The notes: generated by a model not told the origin, from the sequence alone. A DNA stretch of 64,000 bases from an archaeon 13_1_40CM_2_52_13 (GCA_001919285.1 MNHO01000049.1:17746-81745); one strand, 5' to 3'. Counted from the first letter of the stretch, positions 20,150-30,082 are shown. Made by a program: numbers and translations.

Positions 20150-20968
20150 TTGCATGTGGAACTGTCCAACGTGACGAAGGTCTACGAAGACCCACCTCAA
20201 ATCGTAACTGCGCTGAAGGATATCTCGTTTCATGTGAATGAAGGAGAGTTCCTGTGCATCGTGGGACCGAGCGGGTGCGGCAAGTCGACACTCTTGAGGA
20301 TGATTGCCGGACTTGATCATCCTTCCTCCGGCCAGATTCGTTTTAGGGGTGATCTCCTTACTGCACCTCACTCAAAGATCAGCATGGTCTTTCAGACCTT
20401 CGCCCTACTCCCTTGGAGGACAGTAATTCAAAATGTTGAATTCGGACTTGAGGTCCAAGGGCGACCGAGAAAAGAGAGAGCTGAGGTTGCCATGGATCTC
20501 CTGGAGATGGTGGGTCTCAAGGGATCAGAGAATCTCTTTCCAAAACAACTTTCGGGAGGAATGAAACAACGAGTCGGCATCGCTCGTGCACTCGCCATAG
20601 ATCCAGAGGTAGTGTTGATGGATGAGGCGTTTAGTGCCATCGACGAGTTCACTGCGGAATCGCTGAGAGCGGAAGTTGCTGAGATTCACAATGAGACTCG
20701 GAAGACGTTCCTTCTGGTAACTCACAACCTTCCCGAGGCGATTGAACTTGCCGACCGCATCCTTGTCCTTTCAGCCCGTCCGGCCAGAGTCAAGAGCATT
20801 GTCGGCATAGAAATGGAACGTCCGAGAATTCAGACAGACTCAGAGTTTGTAAGTATTCACCGTGACATTTTCGCTTTGCTCCAGGCGGAACTGGAAAATA
20901 GCATCATGCGCCACAGGCTCAGCGGACTAAAGGAGTTCAAGAGACTCCAAGACATGGAGGATCGCTGA
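20150..20968 (+). CDS. ABC transporter ATP-binding protein (NitT/TauT-type).
   Basis: 272 aa with Walker A GPSGCGKST, signature LSGGMKQRVGIARAL and Walker B VVLMDEAFSAID. Confidence 0.85.
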   Translation: MHVELSNVTKVYEDPPQIVTALKDISFHVNEGEFLCIVGPSGCGKSTLLRMIAGLDHPSSGQIRFRGDLLTAPHSKISMVFQTFALLPWRTVIQNVEFGLEVQGRPRKERAEVAMDLLEMVGLKGSENLFPKQLSGGMKQRVGIARALAIDPEVVLMDEAFSAIDEFTAESLRAEVAEIHNETRKTFLLVTHNLPEAIELADRILVLSARPARVKSIVGIEMERPRIQTDSEFVSIHRDIFALLQAELENSIMRHRLSGLKEFKRLQDMEDR

Positions 20969-20974
20969 GATCGA

Positions 20975-21547
20975 ATGAAATTCGGTCTCGTTGTCGGGGG
21001 GGCATTTCTCCTAGTCGCTGGACTTCTGGCCTATTCCATGATTCCGAATTTTCACACAGTTCCGCTTCAGTCGGCCCAGATGGTTGTCAATCCCAGGTCA
21101 ATTCCAGTCAGCTCAGCCTCTCTGACCGAGACTCCGGAAAACGTCACCCTTGTTCCGGGCAGAGAAAACGAATTGCTCGTCAATCTTACTGTGTCCACCC
21201 AGTTAGGATTACTATCTTCGATCCAGTTCAAGTTCTTTCCCGAAGGCGCGTTCCAAAGCTGCATGCTTAATGCGGAACAGAGAGGGTGCCTCGTTAACCA
21301 GACTGTCTCAAACTCTAGCATTCGAATCCCCTTGAACGCCTCGACGACTTACTATCTCGGTTTTGACAATAGAGCTTCCAGCAGTTCAAAACAGGTGCTG
21401 GTGTCGGCAACTCTGGTTGCGAGCTCCGTTAGCACACTGGTAGCGAGAGATGGTGGATTGAATTTTGCTGGACTAGGGATGGGCTTGATTGGGCTCTTGG
21501 TCACTCTCTATGGCGTTTTTGCCAAGACCGTCATTCCTTGGGAGTGA
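20975..21547 (+). CDS. Hypothetical membrane protein with N- and C-terminal TM helices and an extracellular middle part carrying N-x-S/T sequons.
   Basis: 190 aa. TM helices at the start (FGLVVGGAFLLVAGLLAY) and end (GLGMGLIGLLVTLYGVF). It is co-directional with the ABC genes and separated from them by only 6 nt. Confidence 0.4.
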   Translation: MKFGLVVGGAFLLVAGLLAYSMIPNFHTVPLQSAQMVVNPRSIPVSSASLTETPENVTLVPGRENELLVNLTVSTQLGLLSSIQFKFFPEGAFQSCMLNAEQRGCLVNQTVSNSSIRIPLNASTTYYLGFDNRASSSSKQVLVSATLVASSVSTLVARDGGLNFAGLGMGLIGLLVTLYGVFAKTVIPWE

Positions 21548-23221
21548 CCGTGAACTCGAGCTCTCGTCCGGCGAGCTGGGTGATCCAAAGGGGGCAGAAG
21601 CAATTGGAGGTTCAGTCTTCTTCCTACTTCGTCTCCGGTTCAGCGTTATTCCTGTCGCAACTATTGCAAGGAGAATCGCGGCTGTTGCTGCTGTTGCGAA
21701 TGTTGGCTCTACCGTTACTCGGTATGTTGCGGTAATGACGGTGTCCGAGACAACGGAAACCCAACGCGGATTAGCCGTACTCCCGTCATTCCACGCAGCG
21801 AATGAGTTCGTCAATCCCACTTGGATTGTTGTGGAGCCCAGTGAGAGCGGTACTTCGGACTGGATATAGACCTCGTGAGGCCCGTAGTGTACTGGGAGTC
21901 TCAGTTCGTTGGACTTGTCAGAAGTCAAGTTCGCCCCGTCCACTGAGATGAGCATTCCGGGGGCAGGAGTGTTTACTTGGAGAAGTAGGAGGGGCGAGCT
22001 GGTCCTATCGACGATTATCGTGTAAGCGGTGGAGTTCGTAGCGGTGACAATTATCTTGACAAAGTTAGCAGAGTCCGAAAAGGTATTGTTGCTAGTGCAC
22101 GGCGAGGAACAAGGTCCAAACGCGGCGTCGCTGAGATCCCCGCCCGGATGAGCATCTATGAGTCTCAGATTTCCATGCCCCCCTGCAATACTTTCATTTA
22201 CCTTGTAAATTAGGAGGCCAGCACCTGGGTAATCCGAAGGGAATGGAAGATATTGATCGTAGGTTCCAACCTTTGCTCTCATCTCTAGCAGATAGTAAGA
22301 CAGAGATCCATCGGAGTTCACGCTGATTGGGATCTTGACGATCTGTATTCCCGGGGTGGGAAGTTCCAGATTGTGGACAGTTATCGTTGTCAGATTGCCG
22401 GGGTAGACCTTTCGTATGCTTGAGTTGGAGATCCATCCTAGCTTAATCTTTGACCATGATGAATGTTGCGAAGGATATGTTCCAGCTGATGGTTGGAGTG
22501 GATTCGCATTGTTTGGGTTCCATTCTCCGAGTGCCATAATCTCCCAGTAGCCGACAAAGTTGTTAACGGGGTCTATCTGCTGGGTCAGATCGTAGAGGTC
22601 CGGCAGGCCCTGAAGATGGCCAGCTTCGTGGGCGTAGACTCCGACCGGATCGGACTCTGAGACTACGGAGCTCGAGATCTGGAAGGAGTCTAGGGGAGAG
22701 GGATTGAAAACGTATCCGGGAATGGTGAACGAGTGAATATCTGTGGATGCATGTGTCATCGCTTCGTCGTTTCCGGCGTGGACTATTATCGCGTATTTGT
22801 AATCATGAAAGTTTACTCCTGCCTTGTATGCAGCCTGAAGTGAGTCTGTGACCAATTGGTTGTCGATGGATGCTGTATTGGCACTGTAGTATTCCATAGT
22901 CTGCTGTAGCGAGTACCATGGGGAGGTGGCAGAGGGGCTGAGCGTCGTTGCAAACGAGACGATTCCGTACGAATCCTCGGCGTAGTAGTTGTTCAGGCTT
23001 GAAAGAACGCTAGCTATCCGATTCGGAGAAGTGCTATTGGGCTTGTCGGAGAACCCTACGAGCACTACCAGAGTCGACTGGGCGCCGCTTATCGGGGTAA
23101 GAGGAAGCTTGGAATCCTCGATCAGTGGAGCCAGATTATGGAGTTGGATGGGGCCCATTTGAGAAATGAGAAGGGCGGTTATCACGGCTGGAGCGATTAG
23201 AAGGCTGACCCGGAAAGGCAT
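21473..23221 (-). CDS. M6-family (immune inhibitor A-like) secreted zinc metalloprotease with a C-terminal TM anchor.
   Basis: 582 aa. N-terminal signal/TM, the HExxH motif HEAGHLQGLPDLYD, then a C-terminal TM (AILLAIVATGITL) followed by an Arg/Ser-rich tail. Confidence 0.7.
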   Translation of the reverse strand: MPFRVSLLIAPAVITALLISQMGPIQLHNLAPLIEDSKLPLTPISGAQSTLVVLVGFSDKPNSTSPNRIASVLSSLNNYYAEDSYGIVSFATTLSPSATSPWYSLQQTMEYYSANTASIDNQLVTDSLQAAYKAGVNFHDYKYAIIVHAGNDEAMTHASTDIHSFTIPGYVFNPSPLDSFQISSSVVSESDPVGVYAHEAGHLQGLPDLYDLTQQIDPVNNFVGYWEIMALGEWNPNNANPLQPSAGTYPSQHSSWSKIKLGWISNSSIRKVYPGNLTTITVHNLELPTPGIQIVKIPISVNSDGSLSYYLLEMRAKVGTYDQYLPFPSDYPGAGLLIYKVNESIAGGHGNLRLIDAHPGGDLSDAAFGPCSSPCTSNNTFSDSANFVKIIVTATNSTAYTIIVDRTSSPLLLLQVNTPAPGMLISVDGANLTSDKSNELRLPVHYGPHEVYIQSEVPLSLGSTTIQVGLTNSFAAWNDGSTANPRWVSVVSDTVITATYRVTVEPTFATAATAAILLAIVATGITLNRRRSRKKTEPPIASAPFGSPSSPDESSSSRSLPRNDGLGKNAIESDQEPNQAHP

Positions 23222-23369
23222 CTACCATCCTGGAGCGATTTCCGGTTCTCGCTTCCTCTCGGAGCGCAAAAGCAGTCTGTAACTGATTCAGTCGGAGCAA
23301 AGTTCCATAGGCATTTGCAGACCCGTTCTTTCGGTACGTTTTCTTGATGCGGGCCAAGAGGACAAATAC

Positions 23370-25046
23370 ATGACAGCCTTGTGTCAAGACTGCGGTCCAG
23401 CTAGCCTTAAATATGGTGATTCGCGAGAATCGCCGTTCATAGATCGTTCTCTGGGATTTCAGATGAGTCATAGAGGTGTAGGAGTTGTTGGATACGGCGT
23501 GTATATTCCATGGGAACGGATCGAGACGGAGAAGATTGTAAGAGAACGGGAGAGAAAGCGAGGCAAGGAACTGGAAAGAGTCCTCGAGAAGGTTAGGCAC
23601 GGGCTACTTCTTAGAGAGAAAGCTCTTGCAGGTCACAACGAGGATACGATCACAATGGCCACCGAGGCAGCTGAAAACGCGGTTAGAATGGCTGGAATCG
23701 CCCCGGACGAGATTGGAAGCGTCACCGCAGGCTCCGAATCGAAGCCTTATGCGGTCGGAACGATTGCACGTCATGTCGCGTCCTTCATCGGAATGGGACA
23801 GAACGTATTCGTCGCGGATCTGGAGGGAGCATGCAATTCGGGCATGCAAGGTGTCGGGTTCATAGATTCAGAAATCCGAAGCGGTCGGATTAAGTACGGT
23901 CTCGCCATCGGTGCAGATGTCGCTCAGGCAGAGCGAGGCGATCCCTTGGAATATTCTTGCGGTGCCGGGGCAGGAGCCTACGTACTTGGCAGGACAGATC
24001 TCATAGCAACCATTGAGGATATCGCGCCCTTTTCGAGTCTATTCATGGACTTTTGGAGACGCGACCAAGCGGCGGTGCCTTCGCATTTCGGTCGTACCAC
24101 AGTCGAAGCTTACAAGTCTCATGTGATTGGCGCTATTGCCAACCTGTTCCGTAAGCACCCCGATCTTTCGCTTTCAGAGTTTGATGCCATAACCTTCCAT
24201 CAACCATCCGGATACCTACCCATGAAGACTTGCGCAGCGCTAACTGAGGACAAGATTCCCTATGTTGAGGATGAATCAATAGCTGAAAGAATGAAGCTTA
24301 CCGAACAAGACATTGAGAAGAAGGTCAAGCCTTGGCTCAAAGTCCTGGACACAGGAAACACTTATGCGGCTTCAACGCTAATCTCTCTCGCGTCCGTTTT
24401 TGACAATTCCAAACCTGGAGATCAAGTTCTAGCAGTCTCCTACGGTTCTGGAGCGTATTCAAACGCGACTTGGTTTGAGGTTCAGGACGGCATAGAGGAA
24501 AAGAGAGGGCTCACACCAACCGTCGAGGACTACATTAAGCGCAAAACAACAATAAGGATTGAAACCTATCAAGACCTGATCAAGGCTCGTCTGTCCAGGA
24601 TTAAGCAGAAGCTTGAGATCCCGAGGCTCGTCGGGGATGTGGAGCCAGTCAATGGCAAAGCCTTCACTGTTAGCCTATGCCACGGATGCGAACGAATCTA
24701 CTACCCAGCTAGAGAGAAATGTCTTGATTCCGAGTGTACCGGGGCAATGGATGTCAAACGATACCCACTAATCGCTCGATTGAAGAGCGTATCCAAATTA
24801 CCTCTCAAGAGGAGATTCACGTCCAACTTCGAACTGCTCGACCAGAACAAGGTGTTGTTTGTCGATGCGAAGATTCAGGACTTGAAGCCCGGCGTTAAAC
24901 TTGAGGGTGTGCTGCGGAGACTTGACTATGAAGGAAAGGATGGCCTGATCATGTACGGCATCGCGTACCGGCCCGTGTTCCAGGAGACCCTTGCCTTGAT
25001 CCCCAAGCCTAAGCCCTTGGTGATCGCGCCGACGCAGTACGCCTGA
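23370..25046 (+). CDS. Archaeal HMG-CoA synthase fused at its C-terminus to a DUF35 zinc-ribbon/OB-fold domain.
   Basis: 558 aa. The thiolase-like HMGCS core has the active-site region LEGACNSGM. The C-terminal 130 aa carry CHGC...CLDSEC plus an OB fold (DUF35-like). The likely true start is the internal MSHRGVGVVGYG near 23463. Confidence 0.8.
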   Translation: MTALCQDCGPASLKYGDSRESPFIDRSLGFQMSHRGVGVVGYGVYIPWERIETEKIVRERERKRGKELERVLEKVRHGLLLREKALAGHNEDTITMATEAAENAVRMAGIAPDEIGSVTAGSESKPYAVGTIARHVASFIGMGQNVFVADLEGACNSGMQGVGFIDSEIRSGRIKYGLAIGADVAQAERGDPLEYSCGAGAGAYVLGRTDLIATIEDIAPFSSLFMDFWRRDQAAVPSHFGRTTVEAYKSHVIGAIANLFRKHPDLSLSEFDAITFHQPSGYLPMKTCAALTEDKIPYVEDESIAERMKLTEQDIEKKVKPWLKVLDTGNTYAASTLISLASVFDNSKPGDQVLAVSYGSGAYSNATWFEVQDGIEEKRGLTPTVEDYIKRKTTIRIETYQDLIKARLSRIKQKLEIPRLVGDVEPVNGKAFTVSLCHGCERIYYPAREKCLDSECTGAMDVKRYPLIARLKSVSKLPLKRRFTSNFELLDQNKVLFVDAKIQDLKPGVKLEGVLRRLDYEGKDGLIMYGIAYRPVFQETLALIPKPKPLVIAPTQYA

Positions 25047-25105
25047 ACATGACAGAACGGTAGGCACCCTTCCGTCCGTTTCAGCTCGACCTCCGGTCAC
25101 GAAGC

Positions 25106-26266
25106 ATGGCCATTTTCGAATCACTTTCCGAGGCCAAATTCAGAGAGAAGGTTCATCGTTTCGCTAAGGAGCACATTGCTCCGATAGCCCAAAAAGTCGA
25201 GGGGGGTTTGTTCCCCCGCGAAGTACTACAGAAACTCGGAAGGCAGCATCTCCTAGGGGCTCCTTTTTCGAAGACTGACGGAGGTGGGGGACTAGGTTGG
25301 AGCTTTGAAGTGATTGTTGCTGAGGAGATCTCTGCGGTCAGCGCGGCTACTGAAATGGCGCGTCTGGCGTCAGGCGCACTGTACGCTGCTCCTCTCGCTT
25401 ACTTTGCGAGTAGAGCGCAGAAAGATGAGTTTCTCCGTCCGGTGCTGGCAGGTGATAAGGTTGGCGCACTAGCTTTGACTGAGCCAGGGGCTGGGTCCGA
25501 CGCAGCCTCAATCAAAACGCGTGCAGAACTCAGATCGGGAGATTTTGTCCTCAACGGGGAGAAGCGTTTCATTACTAACGGCGGAATTGCCGATTTCCTT
25601 TTTGTATTCGCAGTCACCGATCCTACGAAACCTCCCAGATCCGGAGTCAGCGCCCTAGTTGTTCCAAGGGACTCCAGCGGGGTGCGAATAGTGAAGACGT
25701 ATGGTCTGCTTGGAATGCACGGCGCAAACGTCGTGCACCTTAGATTTCGAAACGCAAGAGTTCCTCAGGAGAACGTGATTGGTGGGCTCCACAGAGGGTT
25801 TCCGATACTGCTCGACGAGCTTGATAGAGAGCGGCCCGCAGTCGCAGCGGGAATGCTGGGGATCGCCCGCTCGGCCTTTGAATCTGCCGTTGACTACTCC
25901 TCGACGAGAGAGCAGTTCGGCCGTCCGATCAAGGAGTTCGAAGGGGTCAGCTTCAAACTGTCAGACATGCTCGTTAGGCTTGAGGCAGCCCGCCTACTCA
26001 TCCTCAAGGCCGTCCGCCTACTTGATGAAGGAAAGCTCGCTCGACTTGAGGGTGCGATAGCAAAGCTCTTTGCCACGGAGTCCGCCTTCGAGATAACGCA
26101 CCAAGCTTTGCAAGTCCATGGAGGAATAGGGTACACTAAAGATCTGCCGATCGAACGCTACTTCCGTGATGCCCGATTCATGATGATAGGAGGTGGGACC
26201 AGCGAGATCATGCGGTTCGTGATTCAACGAGAGATCTACCGGGAGAAAAGGCGACGGTCCTCCTGA
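25106..26266 (+). CDS. Acyl-CoA dehydrogenase.
   Basis: 386 aa with three-domain ACAD architecture and the C-terminal motif ESAFEITHQALQVHGGIGYTKDLPIERYFRDARF. Confidence 0.85.
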   Translation: MAIFESLSEAKFREKVHRFAKEHIAPIAQKVEGGLFPREVLQKLGRQHLLGAPFSKTDGGGGLGWSFEVIVAEEISAVSAATEMARLASGALYAAPLAYFASRAQKDEFLRPVLAGDKVGALALTEPGAGSDAASIKTRAELRSGDFVLNGEKRFITNGGIADFLFVFAVTDPTKPPRSGVSALVVPRDSSGVRIVKTYGLLGMHGANVVHLRFRNARVPQENVIGGLHRGFPILLDELDRERPAVAAGMLGIARSAFESAVDYSSTREQFGRPIKEFEGVSFKLSDMLVRLEAARLLILKAVRLLDEGKLARLEGAIAKLFATESAFEITHQALQVHGGIGYTKDLPIERYFRDARFMMIGGGTSEIMRFVIQREIYREKRRRSS

Positions 26267-26350
26267 GTGTTACTGGGAATTTTGGCGGCGAGTTACGAGA
26301 TACTTTAGTCAATTCGGGGAAATGGACAATGCGAAGAAAGGCTCTATTGT

Positions 26351-26542
26351 ATGTCCACAGTGGAGATCGAAAATTATCGATGGAAGTGCGAGAATTTCTT
26401 GAAGGGCTATTGCCCTGGCAAAGACTGTGACATCTGCGCAAAGATGACGAATAGGTTATTGCTGAAGGGGCTTGTCAAGATTACTCACGCGGATGAGATT
26501 CTTCAGCCCCAACAAGCCGCAACTCCCACCAGTCAACCCTAA
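26351..26542 (+). CDS. Small Cys-rich hypothetical protein.
   Basis: 63 aa with the pattern CENFLKGYCPGKDCDIC. It is followed by the T-tract 26545..26556, which supports it being a real transcription unit. Confidence 0.25.
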   Translation: MSTVEIENYRWKCENFLKGYCPGKDCDICAKMTNRLLLKGLVKITHADEILQPQQAATPTSQP

Positions 26543-26558
26543 GCTTTTCTTTTTTTCC
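26543..26558 (+). terminator. Oligo-T archaeal-type terminator.
   Basis: TTTTCTTTTTTT lies immediately after the TAA of the 63-aa ORF. Confidence 0.4.
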
Positions 26559-26708
26559 GGAACCGCTGATTGAACGATAGAAGAATTGTGCAATTTATTT
26601 TCGAGGTAGGTTTATACCATCTGCTGGCCAATATAGCCTATGGATTTCAGCCACAGTCCACGCGGATATCCACAGCATTCTCGCGCCGGCCCGGGGGACG
26701 CCTAACAA

Positions 26709-26918
26709 ATGGTCGACTTCCACTATTTCATTTTCGTTATCAACGCTGACGCCGCGGTTTTCGGAGTCATAGTCTTCCTAATGAGCTACATCGCGTTAAG
26801 GCTGGTTTACAGAATGTGGCGGCGCAGCCTACGCTGCCCACACTGCGGCGAAGTCTACGCGACGAAACATATTGCGCATATCCCGGAGAAGACCCTACCC
26901 AACACTCTGTGGACCTAG
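26709..26918 (+). CDS. Small hypothetical membrane protein with a C-terminal CPHC zinc-ribbon motif.
   Basis: 69 aa. One TM helix (AVFGVIVFLMSYIALRLV), then RCPHCGEVY. Confidence 0.25.
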   Translation: MVDFHYFIFVINADAAVFGVIVFLMSYIALRLVYRMWRRSLRCPHCGEVYATKHIAHIPEKTLPNTLWT

Positions 26919-26970
26919 CGGAAAAAAACGCTGACCTACCCGTATCTTTACTCTGTAAGGGAAACTAGGC

Positions 26971-27192
26971 CTATGTTGTGCTGAGAAAGGACAGCGCGAA
27001 CTGTTTTGCGTGTCTTTCCGTGCCGCGATGTTTGCCTCCGACATTTCTCAAATGGTGGTAGAATTCGTGAATCAGCACGTAAGGGTCGTAGAGATACTCT
27101 TGGCTCGATATGTAGATCGTCTTTTGTCGATGGACATAGCAGCCTAACGCTTTCTTCTCCCCTGGGGGAAGTCCGATTCTGAGAGCAGGCAT
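26971..27192 (-). CDS. Small HExxH-motif protein, a SprT/ImmA-like metallopeptidase-motif fragment.
   Basis: 73 aa. LGCYVHRQKTIYISSQEYLYDPYVLIHEFYHHL resembles the WGxC..I.I....HExxH core of SprT/DUF45/ImmA-type zinc peptidases but is far shorter. No alternative upstream start is available, because an in-frame stop lies 53 codons upstream. Confidence 0.3.
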   Translation of the reverse strand: MPALRIGLPPGEKKALGCYVHRQKTIYISSQEYLYDPYVLIHEFYHHLRNVGGKHRGTERHAKQFALSFLSTT

Positions 27193-27286
27193 TTCTACAC
27201 GATAGTGCTTGGAGAGGAGTTCGAGCGCGTCTTCTGGACGCTTCTCGATCGAGATTAGTTGAACTACTCTGTCTTGGAATTGTCTC

Positions 27287-28648
27287 TCATTGAACGTAGG
27301 ATTCGACTTGAATACTGGCAGGTTCGTAATCTACGAGTCTCCCTGCTTGAAAGTCTTCGTACGCCTTGAGGTCCAAGAGGCCGTGTCCACAGTTGTTGAA
27401 CGCTATGACTTTCTCTTCGTTTGACTCCTTACATCTTATTGCTTCGTCGATGACGTATTTGATGCAGTGTGCGGTTTCCGGGGCCGGGATCATACCCTCG
27501 GTCTGGGCAAATGTTCTCGCCGCTTGGAAAACCTCTGTCTGATGATAGGCTACGGACCTCACATGTCCTTTGTTGATGAGGTAGCAGAGTGATGGTGCCT
27601 TTCCATGGTAACGGAGGCCTCCTGAGTGGATAGGCGGCGATACGTACTTGTGCCCCACCGTATACATTTTCAGGAGCGGAGTCATCTCCGCCGTGTCTCC
27701 GAAGTCGTAGGTGTATGTTCCGCGCGTTGTTGAGGGTACGGCCTTTGGTTCGCAGGCGACAAATTCTGCCCCAGGCTTGCCTCTCAACTTGTCTGATAGG
27801 AAAGGATAGGCGAAGCCGGCGAAGTTCGATCCTCCTCCAATGCATCCTACAATGATGTCGGGCTCGATGTCGATACTCTCGAACTGTTTCTTGGCCTCAA
27901 GCCCAATAATCGATTGGTGCAGGAGAACATGGTTCAAAACCGAGCCCAGACAATACCGAGAGTCCTCGTGAGTCACGGTATCCTCCAGCGCTTCGCTGAT
28001 CGCTATTCCCAAAGTTCCAGGATGGTCTGGATTCTGATCAAGCAAGGATTTTCCGAATTTTGTTTCCTTGCTGGGCGATGGGAAGACTTCTGCCCCGTAA
28101 GTTTCCATCATGGTTCTTCGTCCGGGCTTCTGGTCGTAGCTGACTCGGACCATGTAGACCCGACACTTCAGGTTGAAGATGGAGGAGGCAAGGGCGAGCG
28201 CTGATCCCCACTGACCGGCGCCGGATTCAGTTACTAGTCTCTGCGTTCCCTGCTGACTGTTGTAATAGGCTTGAGCCAGGGCTGTGTTAGGCTTGTGGCT
28301 TCCTGTGGGACTGAGATATTCCGCCTTGTAGAAGATCTTGGCAGGGGTCTTGAGAAACTTCTCAAGTCTCCTCGCCCGTACCAGGGGTGTCGGTCTGCCG
28401 ATCTGGATATAGGCGTCCCGAACGGTTTCTGGGATCGTGATATTCTGTTCAGAGCTGATTTCTTGGCGAATGAGCTCTTTTGCGAAGATTCTCTCCAAGG
28501 AGGTGGGATTGACGGGTTGCTTGGTCCCAGGGTCGAGCGGTGGAGGTAGAGGCTCGGCAAGATCGGCCTGAATATTATACCACCGAGTCGGGATTTCTTC
28601 CTGAGAAAGACTAACCGTCATGAGTTCCCGTTTGGCGAGCGTCTGCAA
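27287..28648 (-). CDS. trpB: Tryptophan synthase beta chain, TrpB2 type.
   Basis: 453 aa. The PLP-lysine region [18 protein letters not shown] is present, and the N-terminal extension and length are typical of TrpB2. No trpA is adjacent. Confidence 0.85.
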   Translation of the reverse strand: MQTLAKRELMTVSLSQEEIPTRWYNIQADLAEPLPPPLDPGTKQPVNPTSLERIFAKELIRQEISSEQNITIPETVRDAYIQIGRPTPLVRARRLEKFLKTPAKIFYKAEYLSPTGSHKPNTALAQAYYNSQQGTQRLVTESGAGQWGSALALASSIFNLKCRVYMVRVSYDQKPGRRTMMETYGAEVFPSPSKETKFGKSLLDQNPDHPGTLGIAISEALEDTVTHEDSRYCLGSVLNHVLLHQSIIGLEAKKQFESIDIEPDIIVGCIGGGSNFAGFAYPFLSDKLRGKPGAEFVACEPKAVPSTTRGTYTYDFGDTAEMTPLLKMYTVGHKYVSPPIHSGGLRYHGKAPSLCYLINKGHVRSVAYHQTEVFQAARTFAQTEGMIPAPETAHCIKYVIDEAIRCKESNEEKVIAFNNCGHGLLDLKAYEDFQAGRLVDYEPASIQVESYVQ

Positions 28649-28726
28649 GTAGAACGTCTATGTATGTTCGTCCAGGTAACATTTTAAGCTTGCCAGTACA
28701 GTTATGTACATTAGAGTTCGGCTAGA

Positions 28727-29230
28727 ATGTGGAGCAAGATACAATCCATGTTGGAAGGACAGCCTGAGAGGCTGAAGGTGGTGCGCATAATCCTTGAGAA
28801 CGGTTTGGGACTCCGCGGAAGTGAGGTCTATCTGAATGATATCGAGATACCCGTGGTGAGAATCGCAAAGTTGGCGGGGGTCGATAGGCGGACGGTAGAT
28901 GAAACCATCAGAATGATAGAGCGTAATCCGGAGTTCAAATCGCTCTTTTCGAATCTCCGATCTGCTGGGCTCTCGCTGAGAGGGGTCGCGAAGCAGCTAG
29001 GGCTTGGTGTGGTCGAAATTATCGTTGAAGACCCTCACAAACCGGGAATCATCGCTGGAGCCACGCAGCTGTTTTCAGAACTTGGAATTAGCATTCGACA
29101 GGCCTTGGTCGATGATCCAGAATTGATCCCGGAGCCTAAACTCGTCCTAATCGGCGACAGAGCCGTCCCGGGCGAAATCATTCCCCGACTCTTGAAGATC
29201 CAGGGCGTGACAAAAGTCTCCGTTTACTAG
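28727..29230 (+). CDS. Putative amino-acid-binding regulator with an N-terminal HTH-like region and a C-terminal ACT-like domain (COG2150-like).
   Basis: 167 aa. The call is made from the overall pattern (...VVRIAKLAGVDRRTVDETIRMIER... then GVVEIIVEDPHKPGIIAGATQLFSELGISIRQAL) and is not firmly assigned. Confidence 0.45.
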   Translation: MWSKIQSMLEGQPERLKVVRIILENGLGLRGSEVYLNDIEIPVVRIAKLAGVDRRTVDETIRMIERNPEFKSLFSNLRSAGLSLRGVAKQLGLGVVEIIVEDPHKPGIIAGATQLFSELGISIRQALVDDPELIPEPKLVLIGDRAVPGEIIPRLLKIQGVTKVSVY

Positions 29231-29249
29231 TGTTACTGGCGAATCTATA

Positions 29250-29296
29250 GTTACTTCAGGTAACATTTATCTGCCCCAGATGTTACCGTAGGTAAC
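29250..29296 (+). promoter_or_regulatory. Two perfect 15-bp palindromes GTTAC-N5-GTAAC spaced 32 bp centre to centre, a candidate operator pair upstream of the wHTH gene.
   Basis: GTTACTTCAGGTAAC at 29250-64 and GTTACCGTAGGTAAC at 29282-96. The second ends 18 nt before the ATG at 29315. Confidence 0.4.
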
Positions 29297-29314
29297 AGAA
29301 GAGGGTCAGGCGCA

Positions 29315-30082
29315 ATGAACCTAAGACTTTCAAATGAAGATGAAGCACGAAGAGTTGAGCCACGATCGGCGCTAGACTACGAGACGTTCAGCAACAGATT
29401 CGGGGACTCGGCCAGCGACAGGGAGCTCGAGGTCTTCCAAAAATACATAGCAGCCAGGTCGCTGATGAGCAAAGGATTCGACACATATCTCGACCCCTCA
29501 CTAGAGGGAGACGACGACCGTTCAAGCATGGAAGCGGATGTTTGCGGAGTCAAGAAAGACGAGATTATCGTCGTATTCTGCTCTGCGAGTCTTCCGGAAG
29601 AGTCGGTTTGGAGCAGGATCCGGCTCATCAGCCAGTCACAGAACGCTCGATCGTTGATCTTCTCTCCTGAAGAGATCCCTCCAGACCTGATTGAGGAACA
29701 GGCCCCCGGAGCCGTAGGCACTGGGAAGTTACAGATCGAGACGCTTGGATGGTTCGAGGACACGCTAGAGCGGACTCTGCAGCAAACACTCCGCACAATC
29801 GAGCTACTGGTGAACGAGACTAGGATGAGAATGCTTGCACCGATGCTACAAAAGTCGGCTCTCAAGAGAGACTTTCGAGCGAGAATCAACCCCAAACTTG
29901 TCTACCACAACCTTACAGCACTGTCTGAAGCAGGAATTGTAGACGAACCAGTAGAAGGAACCTACGAGCTGAGCCAGCTTGGCAAGACCGTTCTACCCGA
30001 GTTCATTGCATTCTTGGAAAAGACGCGTAAGACCCTCGACGATTATCGACACAAGGAGGTGAGATCGATTGGAAGACGATGA
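29315..30082 (+). CDS. Hypothetical protein with a C-terminal ArsR-like winged-HTH domain.
   Basis: 255 aa. The C-terminus MRMLAPMLQKSALKRDFRARINPKLVYHNLTALSEAGIVDE is wHTH-like and the N-terminal 150 aa are unassigned. Two 15-bp palindromes lie just upstream. The gene overlaps the Hsp20 gene by 14 nt. Confidence 0.45.
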   Translation: MNLRLSNEDEARRVEPRSALDYETFSNRFGDSASDRELEVFQKYIAARSLMSKGFDTYLDPSLEGDDDRSSMEADVCGVKKDEIIVVFCSASLPEESVWSRIRLISQSQNARSLIFSPEEIPPDLIEEQAPGAVGTGKLQIETLGWFEDTLERTLQQTLRTIELLVNETRMRMLAPMLQKSALKRDFRARINPKLVYHNLTALSEAGIVDEPVEGTYELSQLGKTVLPEFIAFLEKTRKTLDDYRHKEVRSIGRR

